A DNA stretch of 64,000 bases from Patescibacteria group bacterium. GTDB lineage: Bacteria; Bacteroidota; Ignavibacteria; Kapaibacteriales; Kapaibacteriaceae. The stretch's first letter is position 1. Every line of letters begins with the position of its first letter. The notes below the pieces were generated by a model. That model had not been told where the DNA came from and did no database searches. It was given only the letters and a program-made list of their open reading frames with translations. Positions 27,842 through 38,064 of this stretch are shown here, one piece after another. The stretch spans positions 6,507 to 70,506 of the forward strand of contig JBIICY010000008.1 of assembly GCA_044238605.1 (NCBI GenBank), given 5' to 3'. Both the position numbers and the translations under genes were made by a program.

Positions 27842-30800
27842 ATGAAACACAGTGCAATGCTCTGCACCGTAGTGCTCTTCTACGGTGCCCTGCAGATCTC
27901 TGCCCAGCAGACATTTACCGGCGGCATGCTGGGCGCGATACGCCCACGGTCTATTGGTCCGGCCACTATGAGCGGACGTGTGAGCGATATTGCCGTTGTT
28001 AACGCCGATCCCAAGATCATCTATGTCGGCGCTGCCGGCGGAGGTATCTGGAAGTCGATCAACGGAGGTGTCAGTTTTACGCCCATCTTCGACGACTACC
28101 CGCAGTCCATTGGAGCGCTATGCATTGATCAGAAGCGTCCGGATACTATGTGGGTCGGAACGGGTGAGTCCTGGACGCGCAACAGTGTTTCTTACGGCAA
28201 GGGGCTCTACAGAACAACAGACGCCGGAAGTACGTGGACGTCTGCAGGGCTGGACTCAACAGAGCGCATCTCAATGGTGGCGATTCATCCAAAGGATCCA
28301 TCAATTGTGTTTGTCGCAGCGCCAGGACCGTTGTTTCACGATAGCCCGCACAGAGGACTCTACCGCACTACCGATTTTGGAAAGACATGGACGAATGTAC
28401 TTCCGGGTGACGCTAGAACGGGATGCACAGACGTGTTGATCCATCCGAAGAATCCCAAAGTAATGCTGGCTTCGATGTGGACGTTTCGCCGAACGCCGTA
28501 TTCGTTTTCGTCTGGCGGTCCAGCAGGCGGTATCTATCGTAGCACCGATGGCGGGACAACCTGGAGTAAGGTTACCTCCGGGCTACCTCAAGGGGATATG
28601 GGACGTGTGGCACTTGCACGATCACCGAAGAACCCTGAACTAATCTTTGCCAGCGTTGAGGCAAAAGAGTCCGGCATGTATGTCAGCACCGACGGCGGAA
28701 AGACGTGGACTCGGAGATACACAGGTTCTGCCGTTGACATCCGTCCGTTCTATTTCTCCCGCATCGTATGCGACCCCAACAATGACAGCGTGTTCTACAA
28801 GTGCGGCATCCAACTATTCCGCAGCGACGATCAGGCTGGGTCATTTAGCCAGACAGCAACCAGCGCGCATAGCGACCATCATGCCATTTGGGTTGACCCG
28901 AAAAATTCTGACCATATCATCCTCGGCACCGACGGCGGTGTGTACGAGTCGTTCAACAAAGGCAAGTCTGTACGCTACTTCGGTAACCTGCCTCTTGGTC
29001 AGTTCTATCATGTAGCTACCGATAACCGCATGCCGTTCAACGTCTATGGTGGGCTTCAAGATAACGGCTCATGGATGGGGCCGTCGTCAAAGCCCGGTGG
29101 CATTGCCAATGGTGATTGGAAATTCGTCGGAGGTGGAGACGGGTTCTATGTAGTCCCCGACAGGGGCAACCCCGACATCGTTACGTGGGAGTCGCAGGGC
29201 GGTAACATCGTGCGCAACAATCTTGCAACTGGAGAAGACAAGACGATTGCCCCCAAGCCCGATGATGGATCGCTCAAGCTGAGGTACAACTGGAATGCCC
29301 CTATCGTGCGCGGCAACAGAGCAGGTGTGCTCTTTGTAGCATCTCAATACGTGTACAAGAGCACCAACGCTGGAGAGGATTGGAAACGGATATCACCAGA
29401 CCTTACGACGAATGATCCCTCAAAGCTGGGTCAGGACGACAATGGCGGCCTAACTCTTGATAACTCATCAGCAGAAAATCATTGCACAGTCTTTACCGTT
29501 GCAGAGTCACCACTCGACTCGATGATCATTTGGGCTGGCACCGATGATGGGAACCTGCAAGTAACGCGCGATGGCGGAACAACGTGGACAAACGTTGCAC
29601 GCAATCTCCGCGATGTTCCGAAAGGAGCATGGGTAACAAGCCTTGAGCCGTCGGTGCGTCAGGCAGGCGTGTGCTTTGCAACGCTTGATAACCACATGTA
29701 TGGAGATATGAAGCCCTACATCGTGCGTACTACAGATTTTGGTGCTACATGGACCGTTGTTTCTACCCAGGAGATCACCGGCTACGCGCACGTTGTGCGC
29801 CAGGACCACGGCAACCCTAGCCTATTGTTTGCAGGCACGGAAGACGGACTCTTCATGAGCTTTTCGGCTGGGGCATCGTGGCTCCATGTTGTAAACAATT
29901 TCCCACCGGTAGCTGTTCGCGACCTCGAGCTGCAGGACCAGGAGAATGCTCTTGCCATTGCAACGCATGGACGCAGTTTGTACGTGCTGGACAATATCGA
30001 CGTCCTACGTGGAATCAATGTTTCACGTGAACAGCCCCCTGTAACGGTAATCCCACCAAAGCCATCGGTTCGGCGCTACTCGCCCTCGGGTAGCACTTGG
30101 TTCGGTGGCGATGCTGATTTTGTTGGTCAGTCGAAGAGTCAATCAAACCAGCTATGGTACATCCTGCGTGATAAGCATGTGAAGGGGGCTTTCGTTATCA
30201 GGCTAAAAGACTCTTCCGGATCGGTGATTCGCACATTTCCCGCTTCTGGCCGAAAGGGTGTGAACAGCGTAGAACTTCCGCTCTCGTATCAAGCGCCGAT
30301 TGCTCCGAAGTCTCAGGTAGGGGGCGCATTCGGCACGTTCTCGGGTCCGCTTCTTCCAGCCGGCACCTACACCATCGAGCTCGACAAGGCCGGCCAGATC
30401 ACAACCACAACCATCAAGGTTGTGCCAGACACAACGCTCGGGCACTCGGCAGAGGACACGCGTCTGCAGTACGAGCTTGTACAGAACATGTACAGCGTCT
30501 ACGAAGATTTGGCAGTAACAACCGAACGGTTGCAATCAGTTATTCAGTCCATAGAACGTGCAGACTCCGTTGCCCGAGACACAGCGGTACTTGCCGAGCT
30601 GATCTCACTGAACAAGACGCTTGTGAACACGAAGCAGGGGGCCGTTACAGGCGAAGAGCAATTGCGGGAGAAGCTCGCATCACTCTATGGCGAAGTCAAC
30701 GGATATCTTGGAAGACCCGGTAGTATGGAGCAAGTTCTCTTTGAGCAGATTCGCAGGCGGGTCATTGATGCACGTGATCAGTGTGAGAAACTCGTTGCCG

Positions 30801-30862
30801 GTCGCCTTAGCGAAACCCGCGAGCAAACGTACGGGCGTCTGAAGGGGCAGGCAAAGAAGTAG
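27842..30862 (+). CDS. Secreted BNR/Asp-box (VPS10-like) beta-propeller glycosyl hydrolase-like protein
   Basis: RSIGPA.MSGR, many SxDGGxTW Asp boxes, GGLQDNGSW. Confidence 0.88.
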   Translation: MKHSAMLCTVVLFYGALQISAQQTFTGGMLGAIRPRSIGPATMSGRVSDIAVVNADPKIIYVGAAGGGIWKSINGGVSFTPIFDDYPQSIGALCIDQKRPDTMWVGTGESWTRNSVSYGKGLYRTTDAGSTWTSAGLDSTERISMVAIHPKDPSIVFVAAPGPLFHDSPHRGLYRTTDFGKTWTNVLPGDARTGCTDVLIHPKNPKVMLASMWTFRRTPYSFSSGGPAGGIYRSTDGGTTWSKVTSGLPQGDMGRVALARSPKNPELIFASVEAKESGMYVSTDGGKTWTRRYTGSAVDIRPFYFSRIVCDPNNDSVFYKCGIQLFRSDDQAGSFSQTATSAHSDHHAIWVDPKNSDHIILGTDGGVYESFNKGKSVRYFGNLPLGQFYHVATDNRMPFNVYGGLQDNGSWMGPSSKPGGIANGDWKFVGGGDGFYVVPDRGNPDIVTWESQGGNIVRNNLATGEDKTIAPKPDDGSLKLRYNWNAPIVRGNRAGVLFVASQYVYKSTNAGEDWKRISPDLTTNDPSKLGQDDNGGLTLDNSSAENHCTVFTVAESPLDSMIIWAGTDDGNLQVTRDGGTTWTNVARNLRDVPKGAWVTSLEPSVRQAGVCFATLDNHMYGDMKPYIVRTTDFGATWTVVSTQEITGYAHVVRQDHGNPSLLFAGTEDGLFMSFSAGASWLHVVNNFPPVAVRDLELQDQENALAIATHGRSLYVLDNIDVLRGINVSREQPPVTVIPPKPSVRRYSPSGSTWFGGDADFVGQSKSQSNQLWYILRDKHVKGAFVIRLKDSSGSVIRTFPASGRKGVNSVELPLSYQAPIAPKSQVGGAFGTFSGPLLPAGTYTIELDKAGQITTTTIKVVPDTTLGHSAEDTRLQYELVQNMYSVYEDLAVTTERLQSVIQSIERADSVARDTAVLAELISLNKTLVNTKQGAVTGEEQLREKLASLYGEVNGYLGRPGSMEQVLFEQIRRRVIDARDQCEKLVAGRLSETREQTYGRLKGQAKK

Positions 30863-30928
30863 GGATCTGGAGATGGAGAATGGCGTATTTTTGCATTCCT
30901 AATTCATCAATACGTCGGAACGCTTGGT

Positions 30929-32425
30929 ATGAAACGCCACCTCCTGCTCTTTGTTTCGCTCACAGCTGCTGCAGTTCTCACTCAGGGCTTTCAATGCTCG
31001 TCGTCACAGATGACAATTGCAAAGAAGGCAATGCAGACCAAGGACTATGTGAAGGCAAAGTCGGCCCTGCGTGGTGCGTTGGCAGAGACACCTTCTGCAT
31101 GTGATGCCTATGCCATGCTTGGCGATGCGCATGATTCGCTAAACGAGCAGGACTCGATGCTCGCGGCGTACAAGTCCGCGCTTTCGTGCAGCACGCTTAA
31201 CCCGCGTCTTCGTGATGCAATTACCGTATCGCTGTATAATAAGTACGCAGCTTCATACAACGAAGGCATTGCCAAGTACAACGAGTATGCAACATCGCAG
31301 AGTACAGAGTCGCTCAAGCAATCACGCGCGGCGCTCACCACAGCGGTAGCCGTGCGGCCCGAGTATACAGAACCACTCATGCTGCTTGGCGAAGTAAACG
31401 AGCGTCTTGGTGATACCGCACAAGCTGTTGCTACCTATACCCAATGGTGGAATGCAGAGCGCGGAGGATATGAGGCCATCGCTACGAAGAATATCGCTAT
31501 GGGCTCCACGCGGGCAAGCATCATTAAAGCGCTTGGTACGCCCCTTGCCACGAAAATGGATTCAGTTGAAGGTGGTGTGCTCTACCGTGATGCCTTTACG
31601 CTGAATGCCAAGCAGATCATTGTTAGCTCGTTCGCCGAGGGAAGTAATGAAGCAGTGCTCGAGGGTTGGACCTTCGATCCACCGGCTACACTTACGGACG
31701 TTGAGAAGTGGCGTGCTCGCATGGCCAATGTTCAGCCGTTGAAAAACCTTGCATACATCGCGTACAACTCGGGCAAGTACGAAGACGCGCTCCTCTGGGC
31801 CAATGCTGTGATGCGTGCCAAGCCTTCTGATCAGGAGCTCTCGGCACTGCGCGCACAGGCGCTGCAGCTCTCCGGCAAAGCCGATGAAGCCTCAAAAGAA
31901 CTCCAGGACCAGATCGCTAAGGACCCGTCAAACGTCAACGCCCGCGTGCAGTACGCCACGATGCTGTCCAGTGCTGAGAAGTACGAAGAGGCAATTGCCC
32001 AGTACAAGGAGATCATCAACCTCGATGCAAAGAATGAGATTGCGCTGTTCGATTACGGTGCAGCCTGCAAGAATTTTGCAAGTCTTAAACAGCGCGCAGA
32101 GCTTGAAAAGCAAGAGAACAACAAGAAGTATGTCGCAGATACGACATACATGCAGCTGTTGTCTGATGCAGCGAAGGCATTTGAGCAGCTTCGCAGAGTA
32201 AGCGCCAAGTACCGGAACGATTACGTCGTGATTTCTGAACTTGCCAACGTGTACGAAGTCCGAAAAGATGCCACCAAGGTTAAGTCACTGATCATGGAAC
32301 TCGAAGCACTCGAGGACGTCTACAGCAGCAATAAAGATTATTACCGAACCATGGAAGGTCTCTATGGTCGCAACAAAATGCTTGATAAAATGAAGCAAGC
32401 AAACGAGAAAGGATCGAAACTTTAA
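30929..32425 (+). CDS. Tetratricopeptide repeat protein, probable lipoprotein
   Basis: Signal peptide ending GFQC; repeated helical TPR patterns; TATTTTTG promoter element at 30886. Confidence 0.85.
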   Translation: MKRHLLLFVSLTAAAVLTQGFQCSSSQMTIAKKAMQTKDYVKAKSALRGALAETPSACDAYAMLGDAHDSLNEQDSMLAAYKSALSCSTLNPRLRDAITVSLYNKYAASYNEGIAKYNEYATSQSTESLKQSRAALTTAVAVRPEYTEPLMLLGEVNERLGDTAQAVATYTQWWNAERGGYEAIATKNIAMGSTRASIIKALGTPLATKMDSVEGGVLYRDAFTLNAKQIIVSSFAEGSNEAVLEGWTFDPPATLTDVEKWRARMANVQPLKNLAYIAYNSGKYEDALLWANAVMRAKPSDQELSALRAQALQLSGKADEASKELQDQIAKDPSNVNARVQYATMLSSAEKYEEAIAQYKEIINLDAKNEIALFDYGAACKNFASLKQRAELEKQENNKKYVADTTYMQLLSDAAKAFEQLRRVSAKYRNDYVVISELANVYEVRKDATKVKSLIMELEALEDVYSSNKDYYRTMEGLYGRNKMLDKMKQANEKGSKL

Positions 32426-32733
32426 TGGCAAACGAGCAGAACGAACAACAGCAAATGACGATCGAGCTGGGCGAGAAGGAAGCCGAAGGGATATACTCCA
32501 ACTTGGCCATCATTTCTCACTCTCCAGCAGAGTTCGTTGTTGATTTTACCCGCATTCTACCTGGGGTTCCAAAGGCTCGCGTTCATGCGCGTATTGTTAT
32601 GACGCCGCAGCATGCAAAGCTCCTGTTGCATGCCCTTGCTGATAACATCGGTAAATATGAAAATCAATATGGTGAGATCGTGGTGGACGGACAAAACAAT
32701 CCATTTCCACCGGGTGTGACGAATATCAACTGA
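32425..32733 (+). CDS. DUF3467 domain protein
   Basis: AEGIYSNLAIISHSPAEFVVDF, RIVMTPQHAK. Confidence 0.92.
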   Translation: MANEQNEQQQMTIELGEKEAEGIYSNLAIISHSPAEFVVDFTRILPGVPKARVHARIVMTPQHAKLLLHALADNIGKYENQYGEIVVDGQNNPFPPGVTNIN

Positions 32734-32792
32734 TAGTTTGTATATTTGCCGTCCACATTTAACCAAAAGAATCAAACAGTCGCGGTGAAGTC

Positions 32793-32939
32793 ATGAAGCG
32801 TACCTATCAACCAAGTAAGCGCCGTCGTGTAAACACACACGGTTTCCGTGCACGTATGGCCACGAAGAACGGTCGCAAGGTTCTTGCACGTCGTCGTGCA
32901 AAAGGCCGTGCCCGCATCTCCGTGAGCTTTGCACGCTAA
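32793..32939 (+). CDS. rpmH: 50S ribosomal protein L34
   Basis: Manual translation [48 protein letters not shown]; below the ORF track cutoff; TATATTTG promoter element at 32741. Confidence 0.98.
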   Translation: MKRTYQPSKRRRVNTHGFRARMATKNGRKVLARRRAKGRARISVSFAR

Positions 32940-32957
32940 TACAGGGTTCCTTCCGCA

Positions 32958-33323
32958 ATGGTCGTTCGGCCACTGAAGGGATACCGTTCCTTTGAAGAAG
33001 TACTGCGGTCTGGACGTCGAGTGACGTCCGGACCGCTTTTGTTAGCAATACTGCCCAACCAGCCGGATGAGGCTCAGGCATATCTCGGGGTAGGTGTACC
33101 AAAACGCGTTGCACGCAAGGCCGTTGTTCGCAACAGGATCAAGAGACTCATGCGCGTTGCAATGCGTTCTGCCTATCAGCGTCACGAGGTCGAGCTCTCA
33201 GGCAGGCGCATCGTATGCCTGTGGCGTCAGGGCACAGAGCATCCGGCGGCGATTCACTTATCGGCCGTAGAGCACCATGTAGAGCTGGGAATGCAGAAAC
33301 TTACACGAAGGGGCTCTCGATGA
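32958..33323 (+). CDS. rnpA: Ribonuclease P protein component
   Basis: [13 protein letters not shown] motif; lies directly after rpmH. Confidence 0.93.
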   Translation: MVVRPLKGYRSFEEVLRSGRRVTSGPLLLAILPNQPDEAQAYLGVGVPKRVARKAVVRNRIKRLMRVAMRSAYQRHEVELSGRRIVCLWRQGTEHPAAIHLSAVEHHVELGMQKLTRRGSR

Positions 33324-33541
33324 TATCCTGGATATTCATCAAGATGATCAGGGTCTATCAGCTTGTTCTTTCGCCATTGCTGCCGTCGGCGTGTAGATTT
33401 ACGCCAACATGTTCGCACTACGCTATCGATGCACTTCGCATTCACGGGGCTATTCGTGGCTCCTATCTAGCTGTAAGGAGAATCGGACGATGTCATCCGC
33501 TTCATCCTGGGGGATTTGATCCTGTTCCGCCAAAACACTAA
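33320..33541 (+). CDS. yidD: Membrane protein insertion efficiency factor YidD
   Basis: [24 protein letters not shown]; ATG overlaps the rnpA stop (ATGA). Confidence 0.95.
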   Translation: MISWIFIKMIRVYQLVLSPLLPSACRFTPTCSHYAIDALRIHGAIRGSYLAVRRIGRCHPLHPGGFDPVPPKH

Positions 33542-33584
33542 ACAACGTTAACAACACACTCACGTTTTTTGACCTACGCTCACT

Positions 33585-35435
33585 ATGGATAAACGCTCAC
33601 TCCTTGCTGTTGTCATGATCACGATGCTTATGGCATTTTGGATGTTCATGCAGCAACGTCCAGCAGACCCACAGCCGGCAAAGCCTGCGTCTACTCAGAC
33701 ATCATCAGCCCCTTCTGCGCTGGCTAATGCTGAACGAAATGGTCCGCCTGTGCAGTTCATGCCGGCACCGCAGCGAAGTGTTGTTGTGGTAACAGACCTT
33801 TACACCATCCGTTTTACATCAGACGGGGCAATGGTGCGTTCATGGGTACTCAATAACTACAAGCCATATTACAAGGACCTTGTCCCGGGCGCTAAGGTAG
33901 ATCTTATCCAGCCTGGTGTGCGCGAGTTTGGTTTCTCGTTCTTAGTTGTGCCAGACACGCTAAGCTCCCGCAGACCAATTGATACACTGCAAGCGCGAGA
34001 AATTCCATTTACGTTCAACACAGCATCCGATACGATTCGCGTACCTAAGGGGGCTTCGGCTTCGCTTACGGCAACTGCTACCACACCGTTTGGTGGGCAA
34101 ATCACGCGTACGTACAATTTTGTTGCTGGTGCCTATGATGTAACGTCGCGCATAACGATGAGTGGGATGCAGCGTGTATACCATCGTCGCACAACAGCAA
34201 TGCACGTTGAATGGAAGCACGGCCTGCGCTACCAGGAGGGAAGCAGCGTTGACGAATCAAACAACGCAGTCGGCATGATCTCTGAAGGGGGCTCAGTAAC
34301 AGAAATCGATGCTTCCGACTTTAGTCAGCCTGCCGGCGACACATCGAAGTCTGCCATTGATTTTCTTGCAACTCGCTCGAAGTATTTCACCGTTGCGATG
34401 CTCCCACAAAAGGGCTTTACCGGGAAGGCAAGTGTGTTTGGTGTTCGCTACGGTGCTCCCAACGAAGGAGTTATTGAAAAGTATACTCTGGGTGTAGACG
34501 TGCCGATGGTAAATGGCGACGTCGACTATACAACACGTCTATATGTCGGGCCGATGCAGTATGACACACTTGAGCAGTACGGCCTTACATCCATCATGAA
34601 CTTTGGCTGGAAGTGGATCGTAAAGCCTATCGGCGAGTACTTCATGCTGCCGACCTTCAAATTCATCCACAATGTGATCCCGAACTACGGCATTGCCATT
34701 ATCCTGTTTGCTCTGCTCATGAAGGTGCTGCTCTATCCGCTCAGCACCGGCCAGATGGAATCAGCCAGAAAGATGCAACTCGTTGCGCCCCTTCTCAATG
34801 AAGTACGGATGCGGCATCCGGACGACATGCAGAAGCAGCAGCAGGAAACGATGAAGATCTACAGCGAGTACGGGATCAACCCTGCAGGGGGCTGTCTACC
34901 GCTGGTGCTTCAGATGCCATTCTTGTACGCGCTCTATGCTGTGCTGAACCTTAACATTGAACTGCGTCAAGAGGGATTTCTCCCGGTTTGGCTCACAGAT
35001 CTTAGTATTCCCGACGTAATCGTTGCCCTGCCGTTCAAGTTGCCGTTGTTTAACATCGATCAGTTCTCAGGACTTGCACTTCTTATGGGTGCAACGATGT
35101 TCATTCAGCAGAAGCAGGCCGTTACAGATCCACGCCAGAAGGCCATGGTGTATATGATGCCGGTGATGCTGACGCTGATGTTCTCATCGCTGCCATCTGG
35201 ACTGAATCTGTATTACTTCGTTTTCAACGTAGTTGCGATTGGTCAGACAATTTGGCAGAAAAAGTTCTCCAAGAACCAGCTCACACTGGCAGATCTCAAG
35301 AAAATGCCTAAAAAGGAGAGCTGGATGCAACGGAAAATGCGCGAAGCTCAAGAAATGGCAGCTGCTCAAGGGCGTTCTATTCCTGGCCAGCCTATGCAGC
35401 GTCCAACAAAGCAAGGGAAACAAGGCAAGAAGTAG
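33585..35435 (+). CDS. yidC: Membrane protein insertase YidC
   Basis: NYGIAII, GINPAGGCLP..LQMP, PSGLNLY motifs; conserved operon position. Confidence 0.96.
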   Translation: MDKRSLLAVVMITMLMAFWMFMQQRPADPQPAKPASTQTSSAPSALANAERNGPPVQFMPAPQRSVVVVTDLYTIRFTSDGAMVRSWVLNNYKPYYKDLVPGAKVDLIQPGVREFGFSFLVVPDTLSSRRPIDTLQAREIPFTFNTASDTIRVPKGASASLTATATTPFGGQITRTYNFVAGAYDVTSRITMSGMQRVYHRRTTAMHVEWKHGLRYQEGSSVDESNNAVGMISEGGSVTEIDASDFSQPAGDTSKSAIDFLATRSKYFTVAMLPQKGFTGKASVFGVRYGAPNEGVIEKYTLGVDVPMVNGDVDYTTRLYVGPMQYDTLEQYGLTSIMNFGWKWIVKPIGEYFMLPTFKFIHNVIPNYGIAIILFALLMKVLLYPLSTGQMESARKMQLVAPLLNEVRMRHPDDMQKQQQETMKIYSEYGINPAGGCLPLVLQMPFLYALYAVLNLNIELRQEGFLPVWLTDLSIPDVIVALPFKLPLFNIDQFSGLALLMGATMFIQQKQAVTDPRQKAMVYMMPVMLTLMFSSLPSGLNLYYFVFNVVAIGQTIWQKKFSKNQLTLADLKKMPKKESWMQRKMREAQEMAAAQGRSIPGQPMQRPTKQGKQGKK

Positions 35436-35558
35436 GGGGCGCTATGTGGACAGTTTTTTGTGAAAAACTGTGCTAGAAACTCTACTCTCGTCGTATTTTC
35501 AGAGCAGTTTTTAACAAGTCTTTTCTACATCAAATTTTCACTACATCAGGAGACGTGT

Positions 35559-37967
35559 ATGAACACACGTGCACTCATTCGCTCGGCGGCATTCAGCCTC
35601 TTGGCGGCACTGTGTGTGGTCAGCGCTAGCGCGCAGAACACATACGACCGTTTGTCGATTCTTGAGGAATTCACAAGCGCAACCTGTCCTCCTTGCGTAC
35701 CTGTAGGGGTAATGCTCAAGGACGTCATCATGCCGAGCAACAATGTTGTTTCGGTCCGCTTCCACATGAACTGGCCAGCTCCAAACGATCCATGGAATTT
35801 GGACAATCCTACGGATAACGACAGCCGTCGTCAGTACTATGCCGTTTCTGGTATTCCTGATGGCTATTTGAACGGTAAGAAGGTAGCTCTGAGTGCTGCA
35901 GCTACGTTGACTGCAGCAATCAAGGCAGATAACGCAAAGAAGAGCCCGATCAAGCTCACTGTATCAGAAGCCAAGACAACAGATGGTGGTAACGTAACTG
36001 TAAAGATCAATACAAATATTGATCTCAAGACACACAGGCTCCACGTTGCCGTTGTTACATATCATGCTGTGATCGAAAATCTTCCACAGACGCTTGCAAA
36101 CAGCAATGGCGAAACAGAGTTCGATGATGCGATGAACAAGATGCTCCCTAACGCTGGTGGAACATCTCTCTCGATGTCTGCGAACGAGGAAAAGACGTTC
36201 AACTTTACGTATAACAAGAAGACTGGTCTTACATGGCCAGACGGCATGCAGTACATCGTGTGCTACGTTCAGAATACGTCTACAAAGGAAGTTCTCAATG
36301 CAGGAACAAACCTTGTTGTGTTCCAACCTGTCGTTGAAGTTGAAGGCACAAAGTGGGAATACATCGGGCGTAGTGCCTCGAAGACCCAGACAATCAAGGT
36401 TACAAATCCAACAACAAGCGAGCTGCCAGTAGCATTTACCATCGCAAACGCTGATGCTCTTGCTTCTGCTGGCTGGTCTGTTTCGATGGATAAGGACATC
36501 ATTTCTCTGAAGCCTGGAACATCTACAACGGTAACGGTAACAACAACAAGCGGATCACGCGCTTTCTTCGGCGGTATCGACTTTGTTGCTACACCGCAGA
36601 ATGTTGCTGGTATTGCCAAGGAAGGCAAAGCACAGTTCGGCTACCTCACAGAGGGTGCAAAGATTGTTGTATGGTCTGGAATCTCGGAAGGCAATGTTGG
36701 CAACTACATCCCAGCTCTTGAATCATCATATGGTCAAGAAGTTGTGTTTGTTCCAGCAGCAGATGAAATCCTTCAAGCATTCAACCCTACATCATTTGAT
36801 GTTGGTGTCTTCTCTCTCAGCATCGACGGACGTTTCTTGATCCCAGGCGTTGCTCAGTTGGCCCAGATGATGTCAAAGGCAGGCAAGGGCGTTTTCGTTA
36901 GCGCACCTATGGGTCTTGGCGTAGCCACGTACCCAGACAACCAGTCATCACCAGGATATCCAGAAGCAAATGCATGGCTCACAGGCACGCTTGGGCTCAA
37001 CCTTAGTGGATCAACTCAGCGCTACACTGGAAACACGCTCACACCGTTCGCTGTTACTGGAGTTGCTGGCGATGAAGTTGGTCTAGGTGGAACATGGAAC
37101 TGTAACCGCCCAACGAACAACTGGCCGTTCTACTGCCAGATCACAGACATCATGTCAATCAAGAACGGTTCTAACTCGATCGGTTGGGCTTACACAGAGA
37201 ACAACAAGGCAAACATCGTTGGTATCCGTTGCGCGAATCCTGGCGACGGTCGCGTAGTGTTCTCTTCATTCGGTGTTGAGCACAGCAATGATCAGAACGC
37301 TCGCAAGAGCCTGATGGAGCGCATCATCAAGTATTTGATGCCAGCTGGCGAACGTCCAGAGATCAGCATCAATGTTGCATCTGTAGACTTTGGCTATGTC
37401 AAGGTTGACGAGAAGCTCGAAAAGGCATTCGTTATCACGAATACTGGTAAGGCAGATCTTGTGATCAGCGAGATCGATCTCACTGGTGCTGACGTAACGG
37501 AATTCGACATCACAGACGGCCGTGCAGATGCGAACAACAAGATCACTGTTGCTCCAAATGGCAAGCACACTGTGAAGGCTCAATTCTGGCCATCAAAGGA
37601 AAAGGCATATACAGCTGCAATCTCAATCAAGAGCAATGCTGGCGATAAGACGATTCAGCTTCGTGGTACGAGTGTTACAACTAGCGTAGAAACAGATGTA
37701 GTAAGCGAGACAGGTTCAATCGGCATGACACTTGCTGGTTCAAACCCTGTTACAGCTTCTACTGCAATCCGCGTTCGTGCAAACGAAAACGTTACGCTCA
37801 CAGTTGTTAATGCTGCTGGCGAAACAGTTGCAACAGTCTTTAACGGCGTTGTAAGTGGTATCGAAACAGTATCACTCGGTTCGCTCAATGTAGCAGCTGG
37901 TACATACAATGTTGTAGCTACAAACGGCACAGATCGTGCAGTTCTTTCGATCGTAGTTGTGCGTTAA
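35559..37967 (+). CDS. Omp28-related secreted protein with thioredoxin-like CxxC, Ig-like (choice-of-anchor D type) domain and T9SS-like C-terminus
   Basis: LEEFTSATCPPC, HMNWP..NDP, VDFG.V...F.ITNTG.ADL.I, C-terminal GTY.V...; AGGAG RBS. Confidence 0.8.
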   Translation: MNTRALIRSAAFSLLAALCVVSASAQNTYDRLSILEEFTSATCPPCVPVGVMLKDVIMPSNNVVSVRFHMNWPAPNDPWNLDNPTDNDSRRQYYAVSGIPDGYLNGKKVALSAAATLTAAIKADNAKKSPIKLTVSEAKTTDGGNVTVKINTNIDLKTHRLHVAVVTYHAVIENLPQTLANSNGETEFDDAMNKMLPNAGGTSLSMSANEEKTFNFTYNKKTGLTWPDGMQYIVCYVQNTSTKEVLNAGTNLVVFQPVVEVEGTKWEYIGRSASKTQTIKVTNPTTSELPVAFTIANADALASAGWSVSMDKDIISLKPGTSTTVTVTTTSGSRAFFGGIDFVATPQNVAGIAKEGKAQFGYLTEGAKIVVWSGISEGNVGNYIPALESSYGQEVVFVPAADEILQAFNPTSFDVGVFSLSIDGRFLIPGVAQLAQMMSKAGKGVFVSAPMGLGVATYPDNQSSPGYPEANAWLTGTLGLNLSGSTQRYTGNTLTPFAVTGVAGDEVGLGGTWNCNRPTNNWPFYCQITDIMSIKNGSNSIGWAYTENNKANIVGIRCANPGDGRVVFSSFGVEHSNDQNARKSLMERIIKYLMPAGERPEISINVASVDFGYVKVDEKLEKAFVITNTGKADLVISEIDLTGADVTEFDITDGRADANNKITVAPNGKHTVKAQFWPSKEKAYTAAISIKSNAGDKTIQLRGTSVTTSVETDVVSETGSIGMTLAGSNPVTASTAIRVRANENVTLTVVNAAGETVATVFNGVVSGIETVSLGSLNVAAGTYNVVATNGTDRAVLSIVVVR

Positions 37968-38001
37968 GCGCTTCAACAGTCGATTACGTCTTCGACATAA
38001 C

Positions 38002-38043
38002 AAGAAGGCGCATCGGGTATCCCCGAAGCGCCTTTGTTTTTTT
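38002..38043 (+). terminator. Rho-independent terminator between convergent genes
   Basis: aaggcgc-atcggg..cccga-agcgcctt followed by a T-run. Confidence 0.8.
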
Positions 38044-38064
38044 AATCAAGTACCTAGGATGCGT

